DNA of 64,000 nt from contig JBBIRR010000001.1 in NCBI GenBank assembly GCA_037441705.1, positions 141,919 to 205,918 on the forward strand. Reading direction: 5' to 3'. The position numbers were made by a program, and so were the translations under genes. Source of the DNA: Ignavibacteriales bacterium. Its GTDB lineage: Bacteria > Bacteroidota > Ignavibacteria > UBA10030 > UBA6906. Under the pieces are notes generated by a model. The model was given only the letters and a program-made list of their open reading frames with translations. It made no database searches and had not been told where the DNA came from. Shown here one piece after another: positions 46,066 to 56,063 of this stretch (its first letter is position 1; each line of letters opens with the position of its first letter).

Positions 46066-48950
46066 CGACATCCGCGAGTATTGATCTTCAGGGCAACATC
46101 AGCTTCGATTCTTCGCACCGGTCTGTGTATGCACCGGACATCGGTGTGGAAGAACGCTATCGCATCATCACGGAATTACTGACCGACATCATCTGCGAGA
46201 CCGACCCGAACGGTATCGCGACGTACGTGAGTCCATCGTGTCAAAAGGTTCTCGGCTACTCGCCCGATCAGTTGGTAGGCCGCTCGATCTTCGACCTGAT
46301 TCATCCCGATGATGTTGCCGAAGCACTCATCGTGTTCCACACGGCGATCAGCGATCGAAGCGAGGGCCGGGCCGAGGTTCGGTATCGCACCGCCGATGGT
46401 CGGTACATCTGGATGGAAGCAGTCGGACGAGCCATCTGTGAGTGGGACGGCACTGTCCGCGGCGCGATCATTATATGCCGGGACATCACCAGACGAGTTG
46501 AACAGCAGCGTGAACTGCGCGTCCAGAACGCGCTCCGTCAGGCTGCGCTTAACAGCACCGAGAACGGATTGTTTGCAATCGATGGCGAGTATCGGTACAC
46601 CCTGTTCAATCGCCATCACGCGGAACGCATGAAGCGCTTGTTCGGCATCGAGATCCAGCCCGGCAAGAGCATTGTCGAAGCCTTCAACACTCATCCGCAG
46701 CGGGATGAGATCAAGGCGTTCCTCGACCGCCTGCTGCAGGGTGAGCAAGCAGAGCCGCATCTGTGGTCCTTCGACACGGCTGAAGGGGGAGAGTACTACT
46801 GTGAAGCCTCCGGCAATCCCATCCGCAACGGACGCGGGGGCGTTGTGGGCGCTGTTGTCGTAACCAGAGACGTTACCCATCAGCATAAAGCGGAGGTACG
46901 CCGCCAGGAGCAACTGCTCTTTCTGAACACGCTGCTTGACGGCATTCCCGCTCCTGTTTTCTACAAGGACTGTCAGGGAAGGTTCCTGGGAATGAACAGA
47001 AGCTTCGAGCAGTTCTTTGCCATCGCGAAAGAGAGTCTCATCGGCAAGACGGTGTACGATCTTCTGCACGACGAACTCGCCCACGTAATCAGCCAGCATA
47101 ACCGGCAGGTTCTCTCGACCGAACAACCGCTTGTCTATCCGACAACGGTTTACAACGCAGCCGGCCAACTGCGTCAAGTGCTTGTTCATCTGGCTCCCTT
47201 CAAGGATCGGTCAGGGGCGATTGCCGGTGTGGTGGGGGTGGTTCTGGACGTAACGGAGTTGCGGGAGACGCAACAGCAGCTCCGCGGATCACTGGAAGAG
47301 AAAGAGGTGTTGGTGCGTGAGCTGAAGCTGCAGCAGGCATTCTTCAAACAACTGTTCCAGGCATCCCCCGAGGCGGTTGCCATCCTTGATGCTGACGGCG
47401 TGATCATAGATGTCAACGCGGCGTTCGAGCAGCTGTTCCAGTTCACAGCCGATGAAGCTCGGGGGAAAGTCTTCCGGGAGCTTATCGTGCCCGACGAACA
47501 ACGGGCCGACGCAGCAGCACAGTGGAATCCCCAAGAAGCTACCGATCTTCTCCGAACGGAAACCATCCGCATGCGTAAGGACGGTAGTCGCTTCCCGGTC
47601 GCCATCAGTGCGTCATCAATCATGCTGGACCAAAGTCGGTTGGGGGTGTGTGCTGTGTATCAGGACCTCACCCAAAGGAAGGAAGCAGAGGCACAACTTC
47701 GGCAGCTTTCGCGTGCCGTCGAGCAAAGCCCGGCTTCGATCATCATCACCGACACGACCGGAGCCATTGAATACGTCAACCCAAGATTCTGTGCACAAAC
47801 CGGCTACGCACTCGAGGAGGTACTCGGCAAGAATCCGCGCATCCTCAAATCCGGGCTGACGCCGCCGGAGGTGTATCGAGACCTGTGGCAAACGATCACG
47901 TCGGGCAGAGAGTGGATTGGAGAGCTTCACAACAAGACAAAAACCGGGGAGCTCTTCTGGGAACTCGCACATATCTCACCCATCATGGATGAGAACGGTA
48001 CCATCACCCACTACCTTGCCGTGAAGGAAGACATCACCGAGCGGAAGGGCATCGACTCGCTGCGTTCTCATCTGGAGGAACAGTTGCGCGCACGGAACGC
48101 CGAGCTGGAGCAGTCGATCGCGCAGATAAAAAAAATGCAGTCGGGCCTCATCCAGTCGGAAAAGATGGCGTCGCTGGGCTTGCTGACCGCCGGCATCGCG
48201 CACGAAATCAACAACCCGCTGGCCTACATTTCCAGCAACCTGAATCGGTTTGCCGAGTACTTCAATGACTCCGTTGCGCTGCTCGAGCGATGGAAGAAGT
48301 TCGCCGACGATGCTCGCCTCCAGGAAACACACGGTGCGGCGATCGCCGAACTGCAAGCTGAAGAAGAGCAGGTTGATCTTCCCTTCATCACAACCGATTT
48401 CACAAACCTGATGCAGCATGCCCGCGAGGGAATCGATCGCATCCGCTCCATCGTGGATCAACTACGCGGCTTCTCGCACGTGAGCAGCGAGGTGACGGAT
48501 GACGTCTCGGTGGAGCGCGCCCTGGACGACACGGTGATCCTTGCCTGGAACGAGATCAAGTACAAGGCCACGATGGTTCGGGAATACGGCAACATCCCGC
48601 CGGTACGCTGCAGCGCGGGCGAGCTGAAACAGGTGTTCGTCAACCTGCTGGTGAATGCGGCCCACGCGATTGAGAAGAACGGGACCATCACGCTGCGAAC
48701 GGCCACACGCGACGGACAGGCCGTGATCGAAATCGAAGACACCGGATGCGGCATTCCGCCGGAACATCTCAAGAAAATTTTCGATCCCTTCTTCACCACA
48801 AAAGCCGTCGGGAAAGGGACGGGCCTTGGCCTGTGGATTTCCGCAACCATCATCAACAAATATGGCGGAACGATCAACGTCGAGAGTCGCGTCGGTGTCG
48901 GATCGAAGTTCATCATCACCCTCCCCCTCGCTGCGGAGGCAAAAGGCTGA
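46062..48950 (+). CDS. Cytoplasmic multi-PAS sensor histidine kinase (HisKA + HATPase_c)
   Basis: At least five PAS/PAC modules. H-box SEKMASLGLLTAGIAHEINNPLAYISSNL. N, G1 and G2 boxes (VNAAHAI; DTGCGIP; GKGTGLGL). No REC domain. Confidence 0.8.
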   Translation: MTTSASIDLQGNISFDSSHRSVYAPDIGVEERYRIITELLTDIICETDPNGIATYVSPSCQKVLGYSPDQLVGRSIFDLIHPDDVAEALIVFHTAISDRSEGRAEVRYRTADGRYIWMEAVGRAICEWDGTVRGAIIICRDITRRVEQQRELRVQNALRQAALNSTENGLFAIDGEYRYTLFNRHHAERMKRLFGIEIQPGKSIVEAFNTHPQRDEIKAFLDRLLQGEQAEPHLWSFDTAEGGEYYCEASGNPIRNGRGGVVGAVVVTRDVTHQHKAEVRRQEQLLFLNTLLDGIPAPVFYKDCQGRFLGMNRSFEQFFAIAKESLIGKTVYDLLHDELAHVISQHNRQVLSTEQPLVYPTTVYNAAGQLRQVLVHLAPFKDRSGAIAGVVGVVLDVTELRETQQQLRGSLEEKEVLVRELKLQQAFFKQLFQASPEAVAILDADGVIIDVNAAFEQLFQFTADEARGKVFRELIVPDEQRADAAAQWNPQEATDLLRTETIRMRKDGSRFPVAISASSIMLDQSRLGVCAVYQDLTQRKEAEAQLRQLSRAVEQSPASIIITDTTGAIEYVNPRFCAQTGYALEEVLGKNPRILKSGLTPPEVYRDLWQTITSGREWIGELHNKTKTGELFWELAHISPIMDENGTITHYLAVKEDITERKGIDSLRSHLEEQLRARNAELEQSIAQIKKMQSGLIQSEKMASLGLLTAGIAHEINNPLAYISSNLNRFAEYFNDSVALLERWKKFADDARLQETHGAAIAELQAEEEQVDLPFITTDFTNLMQHAREGIDRIRSIVDQLRGFSHVSSEVTDDVSVERALDDTVILAWNEIKYKATMVREYGNIPPVRCSAGELKQVFVNLLVNAAHAIEKNGTITLRTATRDGQAVIEIEDTGCGIPPEHLKKIFDPFFTTKAVGKGTGLGLWISATIINKYGGTINVESRVGVGSKFIITLPLAAEAKG

Positions 48951-48959
48951 GCAGGTGAC

Positions 48960-50144
48960 ATGATTGCGGTCGATGAACATAAGAGGGCACAGGAGTCGGT
49001 TGCGTCGTCGTCCATCGTCGTGGTGGATGACGAGCCGGCGATTCTTGCGTCGCTCACAAGTTTGCTGCGCCGTCAACGCTTTGCCGTCCACGGATTTGAG
49101 GCAGGAACGGAAGCCCTCGAGTTTCTTCGCAACAATCCGGTGAGTCTGATCCTCAGCGACATGAAGATGCCGGAGATGAACGGGTGCGAGGTACTTCAGA
49201 AAGCTGTGCAGCTCAATCCGGACTCTGTACGCATCCTGATGAGCGGGCATGAGAGTAAAGAGGAGATTCTGGCTGCGATCAGCGACGGCATCGCCCAATT
49301 TTACATCATCAAACCGTGGGACGACGAGGCGCTGCGCGAGACCATGGGTGAAGCCATCCGCCTGCAGCAGGAGCTGAAGGCCCTGCGTCTCAAGGAAGTG
49401 CTGAAGTCGCTGAACGCGCTTCCGTCACCCTCGCGATTTCAGACGGGGCTCTGGCAGCTTCTGGCCAAGCCCGAGAAACCCATCCATGAACTCGCCGAAG
49501 AGATCGAGCGCAGTCCTGCGCTTGTAGCGAAGCTCCTGCGCGTCGCGAACTCGGTTTTCTTCGGGGCACGGCAGAAAGTCACAACCGTCCTCGATGCCCT
49601 TCGCCTCGTCGGGACGCAGTACGTCGTCTCCATGGCCATTTCGATCGAATCGCTGAACGCCGCGACGGGGGGGATGTCTGCCGACACTGCCGCTCGTGTC
49701 GAGAAGATTTGGGAGCGCAGCCTGCGGAAGACACATCTGGCAAAGCAGATTGCCTCGCGCTGGCAGAACTTCCAGCAGATGCATGCCCTGACGATCGCGT
49801 CGTTGCTGCAGGACATTGGCATAATCATCCTGATGTGTTATCGTCCCGAGGAGTATCGTCGGTATCAATCTCTGCTGGACACCAAGGGGGCGACGCCGTA
49901 CGCACTGCAGCGCGAGGTCTTCGGCATTACGCACGAGAAGTTGGGCGAAGCAGTGCTTGAGTACTGGAACTTTCCCAAAGAAATCAGCGCCGCTGTGGGA
50001 CGACACCATGGTCCGACGGAGAACGATACGATCGCTGTAATCCTTCAACTCACCAACATCCTCGACGACGAAAATGATGCGCGTCCCTACGACGAATCCA
50101 TCCTGCCGTTGGTCGGGGAGTGGAGCAATATCACCGGAACATAA
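48960..50144 (+). CDS. Response-regulator receiver + HDOD domain protein
   Basis: REC (VVVDDEPAILASL...LILSDMKMPEMNG). The C-terminal half matches my recollection of HDOD (PIHELAEEIERSPALVAKLLRVANSVFFGARQKVTTVLDALRLVGTQYV). Confidence 0.65.
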   Translation: MIAVDEHKRAQESVASSSIVVVDDEPAILASLTSLLRRQRFAVHGFEAGTEALEFLRNNPVSLILSDMKMPEMNGCEVLQKAVQLNPDSVRILMSGHESKEEILAAISDGIAQFYIIKPWDDEALRETMGEAIRLQQELKALRLKEVLKSLNALPSPSRFQTGLWQLLAKPEKPIHELAEEIERSPALVAKLLRVANSVFFGARQKVTTVLDALRLVGTQYVVSMAISIESLNAATGGMSADTAARVEKIWERSLRKTHLAKQIASRWQNFQQMHALTIASLLQDIGIIILMCYRPEEYRRYQSLLDTKGATPYALQREVFGITHEKLGEAVLEYWNFPKEISAAVGRHHGPTENDTIAVILQLTNILDDENDARPYDESILPLVGEWSNITGT

Positions 50145-50169
50145 TTCGTGAACTAATGATGATTGCCCT

Positions 50170-51387
50170 ATGAGTACACCATTTACGCCCAACCGAAAAG
50201 TCCTCTACGTTGACGACGAAGCGAATCTACTGACGTCGTTCATGTCGCTGATGCGGAAGGAACGTGTTCAGGTGAGCGTCCTCCAGCAATCGGAGCGGAT
50301 CGAGAGCGTCCTGCAGGAGCAGGGGCCTTTCGCCGTCGTCTTTTCCGATCAACGTATGCCGGCGATGGATGGTGTGGCGGTGCTCGAAACGGTGATGCGT
50401 CTGCATCCGGCAACCATCCGCGTGCTGATTACGGGTCATGCAGATTACGCAGACACGGTACGCGCCATCAACCTCGGCGGCATCAGTCACTTTATTTCCA
50501 AGCCGTGGAAAGACGATGCTTTGCGCAAGCTCGTCGGGGATTGCATTCAGCGATACAACATGGCCGAAGAGAACAAGTACCTCTTCGGTGAGCTGCAGCA
50601 AGCCAACGCCCATCTGAAGGAGTTGTTGGAGGGAACGGTGGTGGGTGCGGTGCACATCCTGAGCGATATTCTCACCTATCTCAATCCCGCTGCTGCCGCG
50701 CAGGTTGATCGCGTGCGCAAGTTAGGCCTGGCGTATTTGAACATGACGCCCGAGATTCACGGACAGGAACGATGGGAAATCGAGCGGGCGTTGGACCTGT
50801 TTAACCTCGGCATGGCATTGCTTCCGTCATGGCTGCAAGCGTCGCTCAACAAGGGGAATGCTGCGCTCCACGCCGATTCTCCTGTTCTGCAGAAGCAGCA
50901 TCTTGTCGCGGCCGGATTATTGAAAGACATCCCACGTCTGGAAGGCGTTGCGCGCATCATCGCCCTGCAGACAAAGAACTTCGACGGCTCCGGCGAACCC
51001 GCCAACGAAAACATCAGCGGCAAGGACATCCCGCTGGGCGCGCGGCTGCTGCACATCCTCATCGACCTCGACAAAGCACAGATCGAAAAAGGCCACGGCC
51101 GGCTTGCCCTCGAGCGCATGGCAACACAGCCTGCAAAGTACGACGTGGACATCATCGCTCGAATGGTGGGAGCTCAATCCCGACCAGCAGACCAAAGCGA
51201 ACGGCTGTTGCCGCTGCACGAGCTACGCCCCGGGATGATTCTGCTGGACGACATCATCACCGAAACGGGTCAACTGCTGCTGAAAGCCGACTTCGTGCTG
51301 ACCGACGTCGCCCTGAAGATTCTGCGTCAGTGGCACATGAACGATCCTATCGTTCACAAATTCCGCGTGAAGGCGGCTGCGTATTAG
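50170..51387 (+). CDS. Response-regulator receiver + degenerate HD-GYP-like domain
   Basis: REC (VLYVDDEANLLTS...VFSDQRMPAMDG). C-terminal NFDGSGEP...IPLGARLLHILIDLD aligns to the HHERxDGxGYP...IPxxARIxxVADxxD core of HD-GYP, but the HHE and GYP residues are replaced. Confidence 0.6.
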   Translation: MSTPFTPNRKVLYVDDEANLLTSFMSLMRKERVQVSVLQQSERIESVLQEQGPFAVVFSDQRMPAMDGVAVLETVMRLHPATIRVLITGHADYADTVRAINLGGISHFISKPWKDDALRKLVGDCIQRYNMAEENKYLFGELQQANAHLKELLEGTVVGAVHILSDILTYLNPAAAAQVDRVRKLGLAYLNMTPEIHGQERWEIERALDLFNLGMALLPSWLQASLNKGNAALHADSPVLQKQHLVAAGLLKDIPRLEGVARIIALQTKNFDGSGEPANENISGKDIPLGARLLHILIDLDKAQIEKGHGRLALERMATQPAKYDVDIIARMVGAQSRPADQSERLLPLHELRPGMILLDDIITETGQLLLKADFVLTDVALKILRQWHMNDPIVHKFRVKAAAY

Positions 51388-51491
51388 TATCGAGAAATCG
51401 CGGCAGCGTTTGCACTTCCCGAAAATTCTTCGTACTAATTGGCCAGACATCCATCCAGCAATTGTGTGTTTGAGTGAAGGAGGACTTGCCA

Positions 51492-51734
51492 ATGCGGATT
51501 GCGTGTCCGAAGTGCGCGTGGGAGCCGAGCGCAGGAGACCAGTGGCGATGTGCACCCGGCTGCGATTATGTCTGGAATACATTCGAGACGATGGGACGAT
51601 GCCCGCAGTGCGGCAAACAGTGGCGCGAAACCTGTTGCCTCGAGTGTAAGCGGTGGAGCCCACACCTCGACTGGTATCACGATCTGCCCGATGTGCTCGA
51701 TGAGGTGGAAGACGCCGTCAACGCTCCCGCCTGA
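51492..51734 (+). CDS. Small double zinc-ribbon protein
   Basis: Cys pairs CPKC/CAPGC and CPQC/CLEC. ATG is 8 nt after AAGGAGG; the GTG at 51474 lies inside the SD and is rejected. Confidence 0.5.
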   Translation: MRIACPKCAWEPSAGDQWRCAPGCDYVWNTFETMGRCPQCGKQWRETCCLECKRWSPHLDWYHDLPDVLDEVEDAVNAPA

Positions 51735-51736
51735 CG

Positions 51737-52309
51737 TTACTCCAGCTTCAGCTTTTTCAGCTTCGGTTTGATCACGAACTGGCAGTACGGCTGGAAGGCG
51801 TTGTTGTTGTAATAGTTGTGGTGATAATCTTCGGCAACGTAGAACTTTGTCAGCGGCGCAATCTCGGTGACGATCGGCCGGTCGAAATGTTTCTGCGCTT
51901 CCTTCAACGACTTCTGCGCCGCCGCTTTCTGTTGCTCGTTGTGGTAGAAGATCACCGAGCGGTACTGTGTTCCGACGTCATTTCCCTGCCGGTTACGCGT
52001 GGTGGGATCGTGTGCCTCCCAGAAAATCTCGAGCAGCCGCTCGTAGCTGACCTTCGATGGGTCGAACGTAATCTGCGCAACTTCGGCATGCCCGGTGGTG
52101 CCGGTGCAGACTTCCTGATAGGTCGGATTATCCTTTGTGCCTCCGGCATAGCCGGGCACAACGGATGTGACGCCCGTGATGCGCTGGAACACAGCCTCGA
52201 CACACCAGAAACATCCCGCGCCGAATGTTGCTTTTTCCTCGTGAACCATCTTGTCCCCTTTCTGTCCTACGCCCGGCATAAGCATGAGCAACGTCATGAA
52301 TGTCATCAT
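51737..52309 (-). CDS. msrA: Peptide methionine sulfoxide reductase A (probably exported)
   Basis: Active-site GCFWCVEAVF. Hydrophobic N-terminal leader. GAAGGAGGG RBS upstream. Confidence 0.85.
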   Translation of the reverse strand: MMTFMTLLMLMPGVGQKGDKMVHEEKATFGAGCFWCVEAVFQRITGVTSVVPGYAGGTKDNPTYQEVCTGTTGHAEVAQITFDPSKVSYERLLEIFWEAHDPTTRNRQGNDVGTQYRSVIFYHNEQQKAAAQKSLKEAQKHFDRPIVTEIAPLTKFYVAEDYHHNYYNNNAFQPYCQFVIKPKLKKLKLE

Positions 52310-52381
52310 CGCGGACCCTCCTTCCCTTAAACAAACACATTTGCCATCACAGAATGTTCACGCGCCGATCACGGAAGGAGT

Positions 52382-53143
52382 TCATCGCACTCTCCCGATG
52401 AACACATCCGGTTCCCTCCGTCCCGCCTCGAACAGCTTCACCAGCACAAGACCGACTAGGAAGCCGCCGATGTGCGCAGCATACGCAACCCCGCCGCCTT
52501 GCGAACCGAGCGAGCCAACGCCGCTCGCCAGCTGAAACACAAACCACAGCCCGATTGCCATGAGGGAAGGAACTTCTGTGAGCATGTTGAACATGATGAC
52601 GCGAACGCGTTTGCCGGGAAAGAGAATAAGATAGGCGCCGAGCACGCCCGAGATTGCTCCGGAGGCACCGAGGCTCGGAATGTACGGGTTACCTCCGAAG
52701 ATGAAGGTCGAAGACACGTGGGCGAGAGAAGCAAGTACCCCGGCGACAAGATAGAAGATAAGATATCGCAGATGGCCGAGCCGATCTTCGATGTTATCGC
52801 CAAAGATCCAGAGGTAGAGCATGTTACCGCCGAGATGCGCAAAGCCTCCGTGCATGAACATGGACGTCAGCAGCGTGAGATAAACGGAAATGGGGGTCGG
52901 CTGGAGGCCCGGAATGTCGAAGATGCGTCCCGTGCGCGGATCCCGTGCCATACGATCTTCCGTAACCACGTCCGCGCCCGTGGCAATCTCTTCGGGCACG
53001 GTGGAGAACGCCATCGTGAACCTGTCGTTGGAGCCTAACCCTTGCAGGAAGACGAACACGATAACATTCAATGCGATGAGCGCATAGTTGACCAGCGGTG
53101 TCGTTGTCCGATCCGTGTTGTCATCACCGAGGGGAAGTATCAT
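52382..53143 (-). CDS. Rhomboid-family intramembrane serine protease
   Basis: GASGAISGVLGAYL (catalytic Ser) and AHIGGFLVGL (catalytic His) within 6 TM helices. Confidence 0.8.
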   Translation of the reverse strand: MILPLGDDNTDRTTTPLVNYALIALNVIVFVFLQGLGSNDRFTMAFSTVPEEIATGADVVTEDRMARDPRTGRIFDIPGLQPTPISVYLTLLTSMFMHGGFAHLGGNMLYLWIFGDNIEDRLGHLRYLIFYLVAGVLASLAHVSSTFIFGGNPYIPSLGASGAISGVLGAYLILFPGKRVRVIMFNMLTEVPSLMAIGLWFVFQLASGVGSLGSQGGGVAYAAHIGGFLVGLVLVKLFEAGRREPDVFIGRVR

Positions 53144-53246
53144 CGAATTGGCCTTTCAGGTTTCTCATGCACGACGAGGATTCCACCGACAACTTACTCA
53201 ACCCACACATGACAAGCAAGACGAGACAAATGAAGAGCCGGCAGGG

Positions 53247-53498
53247 TTAGATGACGACCGTTGTTGCCGGGTGCTTATTGAGCGCGTGATAGATACCCAC
53301 CCGATCATCGTCATTGTGGACGACGACGAGTACCTTGAGCGAGATGTATCTGCCGTGCGCGCTTGTGTTGGAGAGCGTGACGGTGTGACTTCTCTCCTGA
53401 ACGATTTCGCGTACGGCGGCTCGCAGTTCCAGTTCGCTCCGCCCGATGACCACGTAGGGCCATTCACAGGGGTATGAAAGCTTCAATCGTGGTTGCAT
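53247..53498 (-). CDS. DUF493/YbeD-like small protein
   Basis: LSYPCEWPYVVIGRSELELRAAVREIV...SAHGRYISLKV...RVGIYHALNKHP follows the pattern I recall for YbeD (FPC..K.IG ... G.Y.S ... IY..L). Confidence 0.5.
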   Translation of the reverse strand: MQPRLKLSYPCEWPYVVIGRSELELRAAVREIVQERSHTVTLSNTSAHGRYISLKVLVVVHNDDDRVGIYHALNKHPATTVVI

Positions 53499-53512
53499 TC
53501 CGGAATCTCTCA

Positions 53513-54994
53513 TCAATCCATCCTCTCATAGTTATCGGCTGCGCCGTAGAGTTGATTGAGCGGCACCTGCCGAATGGTGCGGAGGTTCTGCGGATTGGAA
53601 ATGTAGCGGAGAATGATTTTGTAGCTGTCGTAGTCGAATCGCGGCGTCCGCCTGAACAATTCGGTCTGGCCGAACTCGTTGAACGTAAAGCTCGACAGCA
53701 GACACCAGTTGTCGATCACAAATGCCTGTCCTTCATTGGTTACCGGATTACGCTCCTCGATAATGATCCCCCCATTGAAGGGCCACGCTTTGATGCGGCG
53801 CGACGCAAACGCCTCCTCGACCCGCCGATTGTACGTGGCGGCTTCCTCCTCTCCCACACAGGCGCCGCTGCACTGATGAAGATGATAGGCAAAACAGTAG
53901 GAGTGTGTCCGTTCCAAACCCAACAGCTTGTGGCAGAGGCGGTATTCCTTTGCAGAGGCGGCAAGGTATTCTTTTGCTTGCTTGATGCTCTTGAAGATTC
54001 CCATGATGGGCGCTTCGAGGTCAATGGCAATTTCGTGCACCTTTTCTAACTCGATGCGGGCGTACCCGTTGGGAGAGAGGACGCGGCGCGCAAGCACAAT
54101 GTCGCGATGGCTGCGCGAGGCAACGTTGTACACGGGACGCAGTTCCTTGATCAATTGCGACTCCAGCAGCAGCGCGCCTAACTCGCCGCTCGTCTTTCGT
54201 GCCTCGATGCGTGCCACCTGCTGCGCCATCTCCATCTCGCGAGAGGAGCGATGATCGCCGGAGAAATGCGACATGACGCGGTCGCGAATGCAGACACTCT
54301 TGCCCACGTAGAGCAGTTCGTTCGCCTTGCCGTAAAAGAGATAAACACCCGGTGTCTCCGGCAACTCCTCGATCACTTCCTTATCCAGATGCGCCGGCAG
54401 GCTGGACGTTTTGAGGATGGCATTCACGGCGTTCGTGAACAGCTCTCGCGACGTCTCACGTTCGAGCGCGCACAACACCTCCAGCAGCGCGCGTGCATCC
54501 CCCAATGCACGATGACGATCCCGGCAGACAATCTGATGCCGCTGCAGCATGCTGTCGAGATCGTGATGCCGATAGGCGGGAAAGAGTTTCTTCGAGAGCT
54601 TGACCGTACAGAGGCAGCGCGCGGAAAACTCTCGCCCCAACCGCCTGAACTCATTCTTGATAAACCCATAATCAAACCGGGCGTTGTGTGCGACGAAAAG
54701 TGCGCCAGCCAGCATCGTGAACAGCTCGCGGGCAATGGAGTGAAACATCGGCGCGTGGTACACATCCTCGTTGGTGATGCCGGTGAGCTGCTCGATTTCA
54801 TGCGGGATGAACCGGTCGGGATTTACCAACGAGTGAAATTCCTTCACCACTCGTCCTCGCTCAAGACGAATCACGGCGACGTCAATGATGCGGCCGTACA
54901 TCGCATTGCCGCCGGTCGTCTCGATATCCACAACAGCGAGCGGCCGATCATCGAGAAAGCGGAGGCGGGGTTCGAGGGTTGAGGTCAGCGTCAT
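53513..54994 (-). CDS. DnaQ-like 3'-5' exonuclease (DEDDh) fused to GIY-YIG nuclease domain (Cho/UvrC-N-like)
   Basis: Exo motifs VVDIETTG (Exo I), FVAHNARFDYGF (Exo II) and HRALGDARAL (Exo III). Then GVYLFYGKANELLYVGKS...R (GIY-YIG). Start ATG 54994 overlaps the PfkB stop as ATGA. Confidence 0.75.
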   Translation of the reverse strand: MTLTSTLEPRLRFLDDRPLAVVDIETTGGNAMYGRIIDVAVIRLERGRVVKEFHSLVNPDRFIPHEIEQLTGITNEDVYHAPMFHSIARELFTMLAGALFVAHNARFDYGFIKNEFRRLGREFSARCLCTVKLSKKLFPAYRHHDLDSMLQRHQIVCRDRHRALGDARALLEVLCALERETSRELFTNAVNAILKTSSLPAHLDKEVIEELPETPGVYLFYGKANELLYVGKSVCIRDRVMSHFSGDHRSSREMEMAQQVARIEARKTSGELGALLLESQLIKELRPVYNVASRSHRDIVLARRVLSPNGYARIELEKVHEIAIDLEAPIMGIFKSIKQAKEYLAASAKEYRLCHKLLGLERTHSYCFAYHLHQCSGACVGEEEAATYNRRVEEAFASRRIKAWPFNGGIIIEERNPVTNEGQAFVIDNWCLLSSFTFNEFGQTELFRRTPRFDYDSYKIILRYISNPQNLRTIRQVPLNQLYGAADNYERMD

Positions 54995-55974
54995 GACTTC
55001 TTCATGAACCGGACGACATGCTTCGGATACGGAATCGCCGCGGCGCCCCCGCGCTTGCGTGCAGTGAGCGCGCCGACGGCGTTTGCAAAACGACAAATGG
55101 ACGTAAGCTCTTCCTCCGTCAGGTTACCGGCCGCGCGCCCCGTCGCTGCAATGCCGTGCAGCAGGGCGGCAAAGAAGGCATCGCCGCAGCCCGTCGTGTC
55201 CACGGCTTTGACCTTGAAGCCGCGCACGAAGGCCCGCACCGAAGCGGTTTGAACATAGCTTCCCTTCGCACCGAGCGTGATCGCAACGAGGTGAGGACCC
55301 GATGCACGCAGCTTTCTCGCCGCGCGGTCAAGGTCTGCTTCTCCCGTCAGGAAATTGGCTTCGTCGGCATTGAGTCGCAAGATGGATGCACGGCGTGCCA
55401 TGAGAGACAACACGCGCCGGGCTTCGGCAGCGGATTTCCAGAGCGAGAGTCGAACGTTTGCATCGAACGCAACAACCCCGCCGATGTCTCTCACCCTCTC
55501 TGCAATCTCGAAGGCCGTGGAGCGTGCCGGTTCCTTCATGAACAAAAGCGGCGCGATGTTGACGATGCACGAAGCTGCAACTGCATTGAAGTCGATGTCG
55601 GCGGTTAGAAGCTGCTCTCCGGCCGGCTCCTTCTCCCAGAATTCGAAATCTCTCTCCCCATCGCTTGAGAGTGATACAAACGCGAGGCGCGTCTTGTGCC
55701 TCTTGTCGAACACGATGCCGCGGGTGTCGACGCCGTTCTTCGACAACTCTTCCACCAAAAACGTTCCGAACGCATCCGCGCCCACCCTTCCCACAAAGCG
55801 AACGGGCGAGCCGAGCCGGGCAAGTCCGACGGCAACATTGGCACCTTCACCGCCGAGGGCTTTCACGAATCCTCGGACGTGAGACAGCGGACCCGGCGAA
55901 GTGGCAACCAAATCCACCAACGCTTCGCCGATGCAGGTAATGGTAGGAGAGTTGGCTTTCACGGTTACCAACAT
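54991..55974 (-). CDS. PfkB-family carbohydrate kinase (fructokinase/ribokinase-like)
   Basis: ITCIGEALVDL N-terminal motif. GGEGANVAVGLARLG. C-terminal DTTGCGDAFFAALL anion hole. Start ATG 55974 preferred over the TTG at 56064. Confidence 0.75.
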   Translation of the reverse strand: MLVTVKANSPTITCIGEALVDLVATSPGPLSHVRGFVKALGGEGANVAVGLARLGSPVRFVGRVGADAFGTFLVEELSKNGVDTRGIVFDKRHKTRLAFVSLSSDGERDFEFWEKEPAGEQLLTADIDFNAVAASCIVNIAPLLFMKEPARSTAFEIAERVRDIGGVVAFDANVRLSLWKSAAEARRVLSLMARRASILRLNADEANFLTGEADLDRAARKLRASGPHLVAITLGAKGSYVQTASVRAFVRGFKVKAVDTTGCGDAFFAALLHGIAATGRAAGNLTEEELTSICRFANAVGALTARKRGGAAAIPYPKHVVRFMKKS

Positions 55975-56063
55975 ACAACAGCGCAATCGTTTAATCAAGA
56001 GTTCTCTTGACTTTCTTACCCGATTCAGTAAGATTAGAGTCGGCATCATGACCAGAGGTCGCA

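Noticed and set aside
51474-51491. GTG start for the small zinc-ribbon ORF
   Set aside because: The GTG lies within the AAGGAGG Shine-Dalgarno itself. ATG 51492 has correct 8-nt spacing.
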